The notes under the pieces are model-generated. The model was not told where the DNA came from. It was given only the letters and a program-made list of their open reading frames with translations, and made no database searches. A stretch of DNA of 64,000 bases, from positions 393,745-457,744 of the forward strand of contig JBAQEZ010000003.1 of NCBI GenBank assembly GCA_049287005.1. Reading direction: 5' to 3'. This DNA is from Candidatus Moraniibacteriota bacterium. GTDB lineage: Bacteria; Patescibacteriota; Minisyncoccia; Moranbacterales; UBA1568. Positions 37,798 through 49,343 of the stretch are shown here, piece after piece. Made by a program: the position numbers and the translations under genes. The first letter of the stretch is position 1. Every line of letters begins with the position of its first letter.

Positions 37798-39006
37798 ATG
37801 AAATTTTTATTCAAAGCCAAGGAGAGCTCCGGACAGGTACGTGAAGGAGTGGTGGAGGCGATGAGCTGGGAAGCAGCAGCTCAAATCCTGGAAAAAAATA
37901 ATCTCACGCCGATTACCATCAACGAAGAGAAGGAGTCCCACGTGCTCATGAAAAGTTTTGAGAAAATCTGGGAGGGTGTGAGCCAGAAAGAGCTGATGAT
38001 TTTTTTCCGTCAATTGGCGACTCTTATCGAGGCACGCGTGGCCATCGTGGCAGCACTGAATACCATCGAGGAACAGGCGGAGAACAAATATTTTCGGATT
38101 ATTATCAAGGAAATATCAGATGATGTCAAAGACGGTATGTCTTTTTCTGATGCGCTCGAGAAGCACGCGGATGTTTTTTCAACGCTGACGATCAATATGG
38201 TTCGTGCCGGGGAAGTTTCTGGGAGTTTGCACAAATCCGTGGCTTTCGTCGCTGAAAGCATTGAGAATAATTATCAGCTGGCAGCGAGGATCAAGGGCGC
38301 TCTCTATTATCCGGTGTTCGTGCTCACGGTGGCATTCGTGGTCGGGTTTTTGGTGGTGACCTTCGTTCTGCCAAGAATCATGGTCATGATCAAAGCGCTC
38401 AATGTGCCCATACCGTGGTATACGGCGGTGTTGGTTGCGCTGGGGGATTTCATGGCGCAGTATTGGTGGGCGGTATTGCTGGCCATTATAGTTGCTGTCG
38501 GAGGCCTGATCCATTATATCCGTTCAGAGTCAGGGCGCCGCGAATGGCAAGTCATCGTCTTGAAGTTGCCTGTCATTGGGACACTGGCTCGCAACATCTA
38601 TATCACGCGCCTTGCCGATAATTTGAGCGCGCTCCTCAATGGTGGTATCCCGGTCGTGCATGCGCTTTTGATTGCCAGTGAAGTGGTCGGCAATCAAGTA
38701 TTTAAAAAAATTATCGTACAAGCTGCGGAAACGGTGAAAGCCGGCGGAGCGATGAGCGTGGTGTTTCTCGAGTCGCGAGAGATTCCGCCGATCGTTTCGC
38801 AGATGGTGCGCATCGGCGAAGAGACGGGGACGCTCTCACAAGTGTTGAAAAGCGTCGCGTCATTTTATAGTCAAGAAGTCGATTCGACAACCAAAAATCT
38901 GACAGCGCTCATGGAGCCAGTACTGATCGTGATACTGGGTATCGGTGTCGGTATTTTGGTGGTAGGTGTGTTGATGCCGATATATAATATCGCGGGGCAG
39001 ATGTAA
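37798..39006 (+). CDS. pilC: type IV pilus platform protein PilC (GspF family)
   Basis: Two GspF repeats with TM helices. Confidence 0.85.
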   Translation: MKFLFKAKESSGQVREGVVEAMSWEAAAQILEKNNLTPITINEEKESHVLMKSFEKIWEGVSQKELMIFFRQLATLIEARVAIVAALNTIEEQAENKYFRIIIKEISDDVKDGMSFSDALEKHADVFSTLTINMVRAGEVSGSLHKSVAFVAESIENNYQLAARIKGALYYPVFVLTVAFVVGFLVVTFVLPRIMVMIKALNVPIPWYTAVLVALGDFMAQYWWAVLLAIIVAVGGLIHYIRSESGRREWQVIVLKLPVIGTLARNIYITRLADNLSALLNGGIPVVHALLIASEVVGNQVFKKIIVQAAETVKAGGAMSVVFLESREIPPIVSQMVRIGEETGTLSQVLKSVASFYSQEVDSTTKNLTALMEPVLIVILGIGVGILVVGVLMPIYNIAGQM

Positions 39007-39131
39007 GTATTGACAGATTGCGTATTTACAGTTGCTGAAGAGGGGTGTAAAATAAAGTCAGGTTCGAGAGGTTTTTTGCAAACTTCCGAATAATTAAAAA
39101 ACAAAAACAAAAACATGAAGGAGGTGAGCAT

Positions 39132-39530
39132 ATGAAAAAAATGTTGAAGGGGTTTACCCTGATTGAACTCTTGATCGTCATTGCCATTATTGGTATCTTG
39201 GCCTCTATCGTATTGGTGAGTTTGAGTAGTGCTCGTACCAAAGCTCAGCAAGCAGCTTTCAAAAGTGAAGTGGCTGGCGCGGTATCCGCGTTGATCACTC
39301 AGTGCGACAGCTCGTTGGACACGACGCTTGGTGTCTTGCCTGTTACTACGAATACCACGAATTGGGGAGCGGCTGTGGTGGCAGGAGAAGATTGCGGAGC
39401 GACCGGCTCCGGAGCTTTTTCAGTCACGGGGATCGCGCCTGCGGCAGATCTCTCCAGTATCGGATGTGTCTCGGCGGGTATTCTCGTGGATGCGGCGGGA
39501 AGCGGTGCCGATTTTACCAGTTGTCCATAA
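39132..39530 (+). CDS. type IV major pilin (prepilin N-terminal cleavage/methylation domain), copy 1
   Basis: KG|[17 protein letters not shown] class-III signal and a C-terminal Cys pair. Strong RBS GAAGGAGG. Confidence 0.85.
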   Translation: MKKMLKGFTLIELLIVIAIIGILASIVLVSLSSARTKAQQAAFKSEVAGAVSALITQCDSSLDTTLGVLPVTTNTTNWGAAVVAGEDCGATGSGAFSVTGIAPAADLSSIGCVSAGILVDAAGSGADFTSCP

Positions 39531-39573
39531 AAAATAAGCAGAGATTAATAAGTTAAAGAAGCAGCATAAATAT

Positions 39574-39963
39574 ATGAAAAAGGTATTGAAGGGTTTTACC
39601 CTCATCGAACTCTTGATCGTTATTGCGATCATTGGTATTTTGGCGTCTATTGTGTTGGTCAGCTTGTCCAGCGCCCGTGATAAGGCGCAAGCAGCGGCTT
39701 TCAAGGCGGAGGTGCAAGCGTCTTTGCCGAGCTTGCTCATCGCTTGTGATACGGACGCGGCAGCTCTGACCGCGGCAGTGGCTGTGGCGAATGCTGCGAG
39801 CGCGAAATATACGCTGCCCGCACCTGCGAGTGTGAGCTGTGGCCCAACGGGTTCAGGCTCGTTCACCATCTCTCCTATCACAGCGGATGTGACGGGTGCT
39901 CCTGCCGCATGCGATACCACGTCTATGACTGCAGCGGGTGTCGTATATCCAGCAGGTTGCTAG
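39574..39963 (+). CDS. type IV major pilin, copy 2 (identical 36-aa N-terminus, divergent C-terminal domain)
   Basis: Same KG|[29 protein letters not shown]-terminus, with a different head domain that has 3 Cys. Confidence 0.85.
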   Translation: MKKVLKGFTLIELLIVIAIIGILASIVLVSLSSARDKAQAAAFKAEVQASLPSLLIACDTDAAALTAAVAVANAASAKYTLPAPASVSCGPTGSGSFTISPITADVTGAPAACDTTSMTAAGVVYPAGC

Positions 39964-40014
39964 TAAGGACCGTTGTCCTGGGAAGGAAAAAAGCAGATGT
40001 TTTTTCAACAAGAA

Positions 40015-40040
40015 GCAGCCCCGATAGGGGCTGTTTTTTT
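40015..40040 (+). terminator. rho-independent terminator after the pilin genes (cagcccc-gata-ggggctg plus T7)
   Basis: Perfect 7-bp GC stem followed by ttttttt. Confidence 0.65.
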
Positions 40041-40068
40041 GTTCTTATGCCGAAAATCCTCCTGATCT

Positions 40069-40088
40069 TGTCTGTCTGTCTGTCTGTC
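40069..40088. repeat. (TGTC)5 tetranucleotide microsatellite upstream of pilD
   Basis: tgtctgtctgtctgtctgtc seen in the sequence, between the pilin terminator and the pilD start. Confidence 0.9.
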
Positions 40089-40211
40089 TTCGTTCGGATT
40101 CAGAGGCAACGGAGCAGTCCTGAAAATTTTTTCTCCTGATCGCATATGCCGAGGTCACGTTGGCCGGCTGTGAGTTTTTGTTTTCGGTCCGTTTTGCGGT
40201 ATAATAGGAAT

Positions 40212-41006
40212 ATGTTTTTACCTACGGTTTCCTTTTTTTTGTTGGGTCTGATCATTGGGAGTTTTCTCAATGTTTTGGTGTATCGTCTGAAGGATGCCGA
40301 GACGCTCTTGGGGCGTTCTTTTTGCCGTCGCTGCAAGCATCAGATACGTTTTTATGACAATGTGCCGCTCGTGAGTTTCGTGTTGCTGCGGGGGGCATGT
40401 CGGGATTGCGGCGCGAAGATTTCTTGGCAATATCCGGCTTTGGAATTCTGTACGGCGATCCTGTTTGCTTTGGTAGGTTATTTTTTCTTCTCTCCCGCAG
40501 TCATGTTTTCTTGGGTAGAAACCGCATGGTTGCTTGGTATCGTGAGCTGCCTCTTGGTGATTGGGGTGTATGACGTGCGGCATATGGAGATACCGCTGTC
40601 TCTCCTGATTGTGAGCGCACTGTTCACGTTTCTTTTTTTGGCGAGTTCATTCTTCTTTTTTGCGGAACCCTTTTTCGTTTCGCGGTTATGGTACGGACTG
40701 TTGGGAGGAGCGGTGGTGTGCGGATTTTTCTTTCTTTTGGTGTGGATGTCGAAAGAAACTTGGATGGGCTGGGGGGATGTGTGGCTCGGATTTGTGGCGG
40801 GATCGATCGTCGGACTGCCGCTGGTGCTGCCGATGCTGACGCTGTCTTTCGGACTGGGTGCGTCGGTCGGTCTTCTGGCCATAGCCTTCAAAAAAAAGGG
40901 TTTGAAAAGTCAGATACCCTTCGCGCCATTCTTGGTCGCTGGCGTGATACTGATTCTGTTCCTGCCGAAAGCTTTTCCATTGTTTTCGCGATCCTTTCTT
41001 CTGTAG
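40212..41006 (+). CDS. pilD: prepilin peptidase PilD (A24 family)
   Basis: N-terminal CxxC...CxxC zinc-binding region. The polytopic membrane core carries the catalytic Asp residues. Confidence 0.85.
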   Translation: MFLPTVSFFLLGLIIGSFLNVLVYRLKDAETLLGRSFCRRCKHQIRFYDNVPLVSFVLLRGACRDCGAKISWQYPALEFCTAILFALVGYFFFSPAVMFSWVETAWLLGIVSCLLVIGVYDVRHMEIPLSLLIVSALFTFLFLASSFFFFAEPFFVSRLWYGLLGGAVVCGFFFLLVWMSKETWMGWGDVWLGFVAGSIVGLPLVLPMLTLSFGLGASVGLLAIAFKKKGLKSQIPFAPFLVAGVILILFLPKAFPLFSRSFLL

Positions 41007-41131
41007 TTTCTGAGTAGAATATATCGGGAAATGATGTTAAGATGTGAGTAGGGATTGTATGTGGCCGACGCTGCGTTCGGAAAAAAGTACACCCTTGTTT
41101 GTCTCACTCCGTTTGGTAATAAAAAATAAAA

Positions 41132-41644
41132 ATGTCCTATCGGATTCAATCGCCGACAATTCAAAAAAGAAATCTGAAGGGCTTGACGTTGGTCGAGCTG
41201 GTGATCGTGATATCGATTGTCGGCATCTTGGCCTCAATCGTTTCGATTTCATTGGGCGATCAGCGTACGAAAAAAGAGCTCGAAGCGAATGCGCGTGAAT
41301 TTGCGAGCGTTTTGAAGGAGGCTCAAAATTACGCCTTGACCGGCAAGCAGGCAGGCAGCGGAGTGACGTGTCAGTTTGATGTGGTTTGGCCTACTGTGTC
41401 CGCTTATAGAATTGAAGCTCAAGCGAAAAGCGGGGATACTTGCACGGGTGCTTCCACGACTATTGCGGATTATTCTCTCAAGCAGGGGGTGGTGTTCTCA
41501 ACAACGAGCGGTGTGAGTTTTGCGTTGCCATGGGCAGAATCATCAAGCGCGACTATTCAATTTGATAAGTTAGATATCCATCATACTGTTTGTCTGAATG
41601 CCAGCGGCGCTATCACTGATCACGCCGGAAGCGGTTGTCCGTAG
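41132..41644 (+). CDS. minor pilin / pseudopilin (prepilin-type N-terminal domain)
   Basis: KG|LTLVELVIVISIVGILA signal with Glu at +5. Confidence 0.7.
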   Translation: MSYRIQSPTIQKRNLKGLTLVELVIVISIVGILASIVSISLGDQRTKKELEANAREFASVLKEAQNYALTGKQAGSGVTCQFDVVWPTVSAYRIEAQAKSGDTCTGASTTIADYSLKQGVVFSTTSGVSFALPWAESSSATIQFDKLDIHHTVCLNASGAITDHAGSGCP

Positions 41645-41675
41645 GAATCATTGACAAGATCACACAACGTACACG

Positions 41676-42269
41676 ATGTTTATCTGCACACAAAAAATAT
41701 TGCAACAGGGACGAAGGGGCTTCTTGATGACAGAGGCGATTTTGTCTTTGTTCGTGTTGACGGTGGGCCTGATGACTGTCTTGGCACTCATCTCCAGCAG
41801 TCTGCGACAATCTTATGAAACTCGCGATACCATCATCGCCGTCGAATTGGCCCAAGAAGGCGTAGAGCTCGTGCGCAACGTGAGGGATAATGGTTTTATC
41901 AGCGATCCTACGGATCCGTTCAAGCGGTTTCTGAGTCAAAAACACTGTCGCATCGATTATACCGTCGATAGCAACGCAGACCTGAACTGCAGAGGCAGCG
42001 TCGATACTTTGGATTACCTCCTCCAGTACAAAGATGGTTTCTATCAGTATGATGCCACCGGCACGGGCAGCCGATTCTCTCGTTATGTATACATAGATTA
42101 TAGCAATGCCAATCAGACTGCGATAGTCAGGAGTTTTGTGTATTGGGGCAGAGGAGCGAGCGGGATGTTTGTTTTGGGAGACGCCGGCAGTACCGGTGAT
42201 ACCGCATATTGCACCGTTGCCAAAAAATGTGTTTTTACGGAAATACTTCTCACTCGTTGGAAGGGATGA
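41676..42269 (+). CDS. minor pilin-like protein (PilV/PilX-like)
   Basis: RRGF|LMTEAILSLFVLTVGL N-terminal hydrophobic segment with Glu at +5. Confidence 0.5.
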   Translation: MFICTQKILQQGRRGFLMTEAILSLFVLTVGLMTVLALISSSLRQSYETRDTIIAVELAQEGVELVRNVRDNGFISDPTDPFKRFLSQKHCRIDYTVDSNADLNCRGSVDTLDYLLQYKDGFYQYDATGTGSRFSRYVYIDYSNANQTAIVRSFVYWGRGASGMFVLGDAGSTGDTAYCTVAKKCVFTEILLTRWKG

Positions 42270-42276
42270 TCGTTTT

Positions 42277-42822
42277 ATGATGATACAAGCCGCAGGAAAA
42301 CAGTATCAGGGTTTCACTCTTATCGAAACGGTTGTTGCGATGTTCATTTTCGTATTGGTCATGGCAGCGGTGTCGAGTGTTTTTACGCAGACTTTTTCCG
42401 GGTATCGAAATGAGAAAATCGTACAGGGGGATTTGGAGGCGGCTCAATTTTCTCTCAATACTATGGCGAAAGAGTTGCGCACGGCATCCGTAGTAAAATT
42501 CGGCGTTGATTATATACAGTTTTATGATCATTCTCAGGCTAGTGTCAAGTGTTTCCGGTATCGAATCGATGGCGCGAGTCTCGAGGTGGCGCGAGCAGAC
42601 GTGGCAGATGTCGGTGCTTGCAATAGTGCTTCTTTCGCCGGTTATACGATAGTTGCCAGCGGCATTGTCGGAGGAAAATTTGCGGTTATCAAATCTTCCG
42701 ATTCTGCGCCGCAAAAAATAGGGAGAGTCACGGTGGCTTTGCGGATCCAGACTGGGACAGTTACTCCTGCCAATATCCAAACTACCGTTTCTCTCAGGGA
42801 TTATGGCAATGCCGGCCTTTGA
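42277..42822 (+). CDS. minor pilin (PilW/GspJ-like)
   Basis: QG|FTLIETVVAMFIFVLVM class-III signal. RBS GGAAGGG. Confidence 0.65.
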   Translation: MMIQAAGKQYQGFTLIETVVAMFIFVLVMAAVSSVFTQTFSGYRNEKIVQGDLEAAQFSLNTMAKELRTASVVKFGVDYIQFYDHSQASVKCFRYRIDGASLEVARADVADVGACNSASFAGYTIVASGIVGGKFAVIKSSDSAPQKIGRVTVALRIQTGTVTPANIQTTVSLRDYGNAGL

Positions 42823-42912
42823 TGGCAGCAGGCGGTCTGTATTTGCAACACATTGTACAGGAGATAGTGCGGGCTATATCCTTTTTTTTTGGGTGAAAAT
42901 GAGGTACTATAG

Positions 42913-45090
<2,178 letters not shown>

Positions 45091-45165
45091 AATTCAAAGT
45101 TCGAAAGGTTCCAATTTTTTTGATTTTGTATTTATTTGGATTCTGTAATTTGAGATTTATATACT

Positions 45166-45453
45166 ATGCTTTCAGTTGACGAAGTAAAACACATCGCGCT
45201 CCTCGCTCGGATCGGTTTGCGTGAAGAAGAAATCGGCAAGTATCAGCAAGACCTTTCGACGGTCCTTGATTTTTTTCATGAGTTGGAAGCGGTGACTACG
45301 GATGGCATTGTCCCTATCGGGCACATCACCGGAACGATGAATAGAGCGCGCGCGGATCGAGCGGTCGATTGCGGGCAGGCAGAGAAATCCGGTATTATCA
45401 AAAATGTTCCGGAAACGAAAGATGGCTTTATAAAGGTAAAATCAGTATTTTGA
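45166..45453 (+). CDS. gatC: Asp-tRNA(Asn)/Glu-tRNA(Gln) amidotransferase subunit C
   Basis: 95-aa helical protein at the head of gatA. GatC pattern ARIGL..EE....Q.L..VL.F. Confidence 0.85.
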   Translation: MLSVDEVKHIALLARIGLREEEIGKYQQDLSTVLDFFHELEAVTTDGIVPIGHITGTMNRARADRAVDCGQAEKSGIIKNVPETKDGFIKVKSVF

Positions 45454-45463
45454 TTTGTAACCT

Positions 45464-46927
45464 ATGATTCGCGCTTTGCATGACAAATTGGTGGCGGGCG
45501 AGATGAAGGCAGTAGATCTCGCCAAGCAGTATCTCCGGACTATCAAGGAAAAAGATGGCGAGATAGGAGCGTATTTGACTGTGCTTGGCGAGCAAGCGCT
45601 TCGAGAGGCGGCCTTCGTCGATGAACAGCTGGCACGGGGCGAAACGATAGATCTGCTGGCTGGTATTCCTGGTGCCATCAAAGACAACATGTGCACAGAG
45701 GGAGTGCGGACCACGGCTGGTTCGAAGATTCTCGACAACTATATCGCGCCGTATGACGCGACTGCTGTCAGAAAACTCAAAGAAATAGGTGCTGTCATAT
45801 TGGGGAAAACCAATATGGATGAATTTGCCATGGGCTCTTCAACAGAAAACAGCGCTTATCAGAAGACAAAAAATCCTACTGATACGACGCGCGTACCCGG
45901 AGGGTCTTCCGGCGGATCGGCAGCGGCCGTTGCGGCAGGGGAGGCAGTGTGGGCGTTGGGATCAGATACGGGCGGATCTATCCGCCAGCCAGCATCGTTT
46001 TGCGGTATTGTCGGATTGAAGCCTACTTATGGGCGTGTATCACGCTCCGGACTCATCGCCATGGCATCCAGTTTGGATCAAATTGGGCCGTTTGGCGTCA
46101 GCGTGGAAGACGTAGCCATCGTTTTTTCTCGTCTGGTTGGTGTGGATGGGTTGGACGCCACGACGGCGGACAGCGGGAGCGGCAAGCCCTTTGAAGACTA
46201 TCTGACAGGCGATATCCGAGGCCTCTCTATCGGCATACCCAGAGAATACTTTTCAGAGGCTTTGGATCCGCGCGTGCGTGCGGTGTCTGAACAAGCCATC
46301 GAGCGTTTCAAGTCTCTCGGCGCGACTATCAAAGAAATCTCTCTTCCGCACAGTCAGTACGCGCTGCCCGTGTATTATATCCTGATGCCATCAGAAGTGA
46401 GTTCCAATCTGGCTCGTTTCGACGGTATCAAATACGGGCTCTCTATCAATGACGAAAAAGATTCTCTCCAAAAAACGAACGGACTTTTGGAAACATATCT
46501 GGACACGCGGCGGATCGGTTTCGGCAGGGAGGTGAAGCGGCGCATCATGCTCGGTACCTATGTGCTCTCCGCAGGATATTATGATGCATATTATCTCAAG
46601 GCGCAAAAAGTGCGCTCTCTCATCAAGCAGGATTTCGTAGATGCATTCGAACAGGTTGATGTGATTTTTTCACCGACCACCCCTGAGCCGGCCTTCCGGT
46701 TCGGCGAAAAAGGCGACAATCCGCTCAAGATGTATCTTTCGGACGTCTATACCGTTACTGCGAATCTAGCGGGTGTTCCAGCCATCTCTTTCCCTATGGG
46801 GACGATTGATGAAGGCGGGAAAGCCTTATCGATCGGCGGACAATTGATGGGCAAATGGTTTGATGAAGAGACTTTGTTGTGTGCGGCAGATGCTTTTGAA
46901 AAAGTATCCGGAAAAGAAACTGTTTAA
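45464..46927 (+). CDS. gatA: Asp-tRNA(Asn)/Glu-tRNA(Gln) amidotransferase subunit A (amidase)
   Basis: Amidase signature [12 protein letters not shown] and the Ser-cisSer-Lys triad region. Confidence 0.9.
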   Translation: MIRALHDKLVAGEMKAVDLAKQYLRTIKEKDGEIGAYLTVLGEQALREAAFVDEQLARGETIDLLAGIPGAIKDNMCTEGVRTTAGSKILDNYIAPYDATAVRKLKEIGAVILGKTNMDEFAMGSSTENSAYQKTKNPTDTTRVPGGSSGGSAAAVAAGEAVWALGSDTGGSIRQPASFCGIVGLKPTYGRVSRSGLIAMASSLDQIGPFGVSVEDVAIVFSRLVGVDGLDATTADSGSGKPFEDYLTGDIRGLSIGIPREYFSEALDPRVRAVSEQAIERFKSLGATIKEISLPHSQYALPVYYILMPSEVSSNLARFDGIKYGLSINDEKDSLQKTNGLLETYLDTRRIGFGREVKRRIMLGTYVLSAGYYDAYYLKAQKVRSLIKQDFVDAFEQVDVIFSPTTPEPAFRFGEKGDNPLKMYLSDVYTVTANLAGVPAISFPMGTIDEGGKALSIGGQLMGKWFDEETLLCAADAFEKVSGKETV

Positions 46928-46937
46928 TGATGCTTCT

Positions 46938-47471
46938 ATGAATATCGATACTCTTCTAGGTATGGCGTATGGGCTATGGAGCACCATCGTCTCTTTCGGC
47001 TCGACGTCGGTGTTCGTGCTGGCCGTCAAGTTTTTCCTTTTCGTGTATGTAGTAGTGTTGATGGCCGATATCGTGATGCTCCTGATGGTGCGCGGTCTCT
47101 CTGGAGACCTGAAGACAACGCTCTATGGCGCCAGACGTCCGCTCGTGTCGAAATCCGGTGCCACAATCCGTTTCGAGAAGATTCTCGCGCGTCTCAAGGA
47201 GAGTAATCCATCGCAGTACAAAGTGGCGATTCTGGAGGCGGATGCCTTCGCGGAAGAAATTTTTGTCGGTATGGGGTACAAGGGAGATACCATGGCAGAA
47301 AAACTGGATAGCACACATGAGGGACAGATTGAAACGAAAGAGTTGCTGATGGAAGCCCATCGGATTCGCAATCGTATCGTTCATGAGGCTGACTTCTCGC
47401 TTTCTCGCGAAGAAGCAGAGAAGTGGCTGGATGCGTACCGTGCCTTTTTTGATGAAATGGAACTGTTTTAA
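46938..47471 (+). CDS. membrane-anchored protein with a C-terminal DUF4145/HEPN-like domain (putative)
   Basis: Two N-terminal TM helices. The C-terminal helical domain has HRIRNRIVHEAD, i.e. the R-x2-RN-x2-H (Rx4-6H) HEPN-type motif. Confidence 0.45.
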   Translation: MNIDTLLGMAYGLWSTIVSFGSTSVFVLAVKFFLFVYVVVLMADIVMLLMVRGLSGDLKTTLYGARRPLVSKSGATIRFEKILARLKESNPSQYKVAILEADAFAEEIFVGMGYKGDTMAEKLDSTHEGQIETKELLMEAHRIRNRIVHEADFSLSREEAEKWLDAYRAFFDEMELF

Positions 47472-47558
47472 ACGCGTTGACAAAGAATGCGTTTCCTGAT
47501 AATATGTCTGCATAAAGCCCTCGGGGCTTTTTTTAAGAGGAAAAGTTTTCAGTAACTT

Positions 47559-47744
47559 ATGAACAAGATATTTGAATTCCTGCTCGAGGCAAAAGTCGAA
47601 CTTTCGCGCGTCAATTGGCCGACACGCAAACAAATCACGCAGTACACTCTTTTGGTCATAGCTATCAGTCTCGCTGTCTCGCTGTTTCTGGGTAGTTTGG
47701 ATTTCCTCTTCAGTTCTCTCGTCGAGCGCTTTCTGATTAAATAA
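47559..47744 (+). CDS. secE: preprotein translocase subunit SecE
   Basis: 61 aa with a single C-terminal TM. Position before nusG. Confidence 0.8.
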   Translation: MNKIFEFLLEAKVELSRVNWPTRKQITQYTLLVIAISLAVSLFLGSLDFLFSSLVERFLIK

Positions 47745-47765
47745 TTTTTCGTTAATTTTTTCGTT

Positions 47766-48311
47766 ATGGCAAAGCAGACGCAGCATCATGGACGCGCTTG
47801 GTATGTGCTTCATACGTACTCAGGGTACGAGGACAATGTCGCTCGGAATCTGAAGCAGAGAATCGATTCCATGGATATGCAGGAGCTCATCTTTGACGTT
47901 CTTGTCCCCAAGGAAAAGAAAATCAAGATCAAAGGCGGGAAGCGCGTCGTCGTCGAAGAGCGCATTTATCCCGGGTATGTCTTGGTGGACATGATGGTGA
48001 CCGATGCTTCGTGGTATGTGGTACGGAATACGCCCAATGTGACCGGTTTCATCGGTTTGGGCACCACTCCCACCCCGATCGATCTCAAAGAAATCGAAGC
48101 CCTGAAGAAACGGATGGGGGTTGCTGAGCCGAAATACAAGATCGATGTGCGTATCGGTGATGCGATCAAGATCATCGACGGACCGTTCAAAGATTTCGAT
48201 GGCAAGATTCAGGAAATCGATGAAGAAAAAGGCAAGGTCAAGGTGTTTGTCTCCATTTTCGGACGCGAGACGCCGGTAGAGTTGGATTTCCTCCAAGTAC
48301 GGAAGGCATAA
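47766..48311 (+). CDS. nusG: transcription termination/antitermination protein NusG
   Basis: NGN domain (WYVLHTYSGYE) plus a C-terminal KOW (GDAIKIIDGPFKDFDGKI). Confidence 0.9.
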   Translation: MAKQTQHHGRAWYVLHTYSGYEDNVARNLKQRIDSMDMQELIFDVLVPKEKKIKIKGGKRVVVEERIYPGYVLVDMMVTDASWYVVRNTPNVTGFIGLGTTPTPIDLKEIEALKKRMGVAEPKYKIDVRIGDAIKIIDGPFKDFDGKIQEIDEEKGKVKVFVSIFGRETPVELDFLQVRKA

Positions 48312-48450
48312 TTAAAGAATAACCAATAACCAAGTTCCCAATGACCAAATAATTTCCAATAACTAAGAACGCTTCTTTCTCGTTTTGGACATTGAGGGTT
48401 AAGATTTATTTGTATCTCGGATTTTGGTAATTGGCGATTAATAACATTTT

Positions 48451-48879
48451 ATGGCAAAGACAATCAAGACAGTTATCAAATTGCAAATCGCTGCCGGCAA
48501 AGCGAATCCCGCCCCTCCGGTCGGTCCGGCGCTCGGCCAGCACGGCTTGAACATTCAGGATTTTTGCAGCAAATTCAATGCTGCGACGCAGGATCGCATG
48601 GGCGATGTCGTACCGGCCGAAATCACCGTGTACGAAGACCGCACGTTTACGTTCGCCCTGAAGACTTCTCCGGCTTCTGATCTTCTCAAAAAAGCCGCCG
48701 GTGTCGCGAAGGGAGCCTCCAATCCGCTCAAGGATAAGGCGGGCACCGTGACGCAAGCGCAAGTGCGTGAAATCGCCGAGAAGAAGATGACCGATCTCAA
48801 TGCCAACGATGTGGAGGCCGCGATGAAGATTGTCGCCGGTTCCGCCCGTTCCATGGGAATCAAAGTGATTGAAGGTTAG
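48451..48879 (+). CDS. rplK: 50S ribosomal protein L11
   Basis: [23 protein letters not shown] and the [13 protein letters not shown]11 core. Confidence 0.9.
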   Translation: MAKTIKTVIKLQIAAGKANPAPPVGPALGQHGLNIQDFCSKFNAATQDRMGDVVPAEITVYEDRTFTFALKTSPASDLLKKAAGVAKGASNPLKDKAGTVTQAQVREIAEKKMTDLNANDVEAAMKIVAGSARSMGIKVIEG

Positions 48880-48940
48880 ATTTCCATCATCTTGAGCAGC
48901 GTCGAAGGATATTGAATATAATTTACTAAAAAAGAAATAT

Positions 48941-49279
48941 ATGTTCGAGATTCCGAAGATCGTTCCAGACCAGGAGCAGGCTCAGGTTTGGGCGAAGGTG
49001 AAAGGATATTTTGAATCAGTTCTCGAAGGCGAAGAGGAAAGTCCGCTCTGGGAAGAAGAGACTCTTGTCGGACTCCATGATGTGCTTAATGCCATAGACG
49101 AGAGTGATTGGTCCAAGGCATATGAGTACTTCGAGCGCGAAATCGGTCAGCTTGAGGCAAGGTATGAAATGGTTCGTGAAAATGATCTGGCGAAGAAGAT
49201 CGGAACCCCAGAACTTCTCAAGGGGGAAATCGCGAGATTGGAGGATTTGAAGAGCAGCCTGCTTTTGGAAGAAAAATAA
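48941..49279 (+). CDS. hypothetical acidic protein (112 aa) inserted between rplK and rplA
   Basis: Clean ORF exactly filling the L11-L1 gap. Coiled-coil-like and Glu-rich. Family unknown. Confidence 0.4.
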   Translation: MFEIPKIVPDQEQAQVWAKVKGYFESVLEGEEESPLWEEETLVGLHDVLNAIDESDWSKAYEYFEREIGQLEARYEMVRENDLAKKIGTPELLKGEIARLEDLKSSLLLEEK

Positions 49280-49343
49280 TTATCATTAATGTGTGGGAGC
49301 CCGTCCGTATGACGGCCGAGGCGTTCGTACCACGTATAATACT

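Noticed and set aside
36693-37820. 375-aa ORF on the - strand
   Set aside because: Antisense to pilT, which has unmistakable Walker A and PilT signature motifs.
39132-39963. Repeat-like identical 5' segments of the two pilin genes as a possible CRISPR or cassette array
   Set aside because: Only two units; both encode complete pilins with signal sequences and each has its own start and stop. The best reading is tandem paralogues. No CRISPR repeats were found anywhere in the window.
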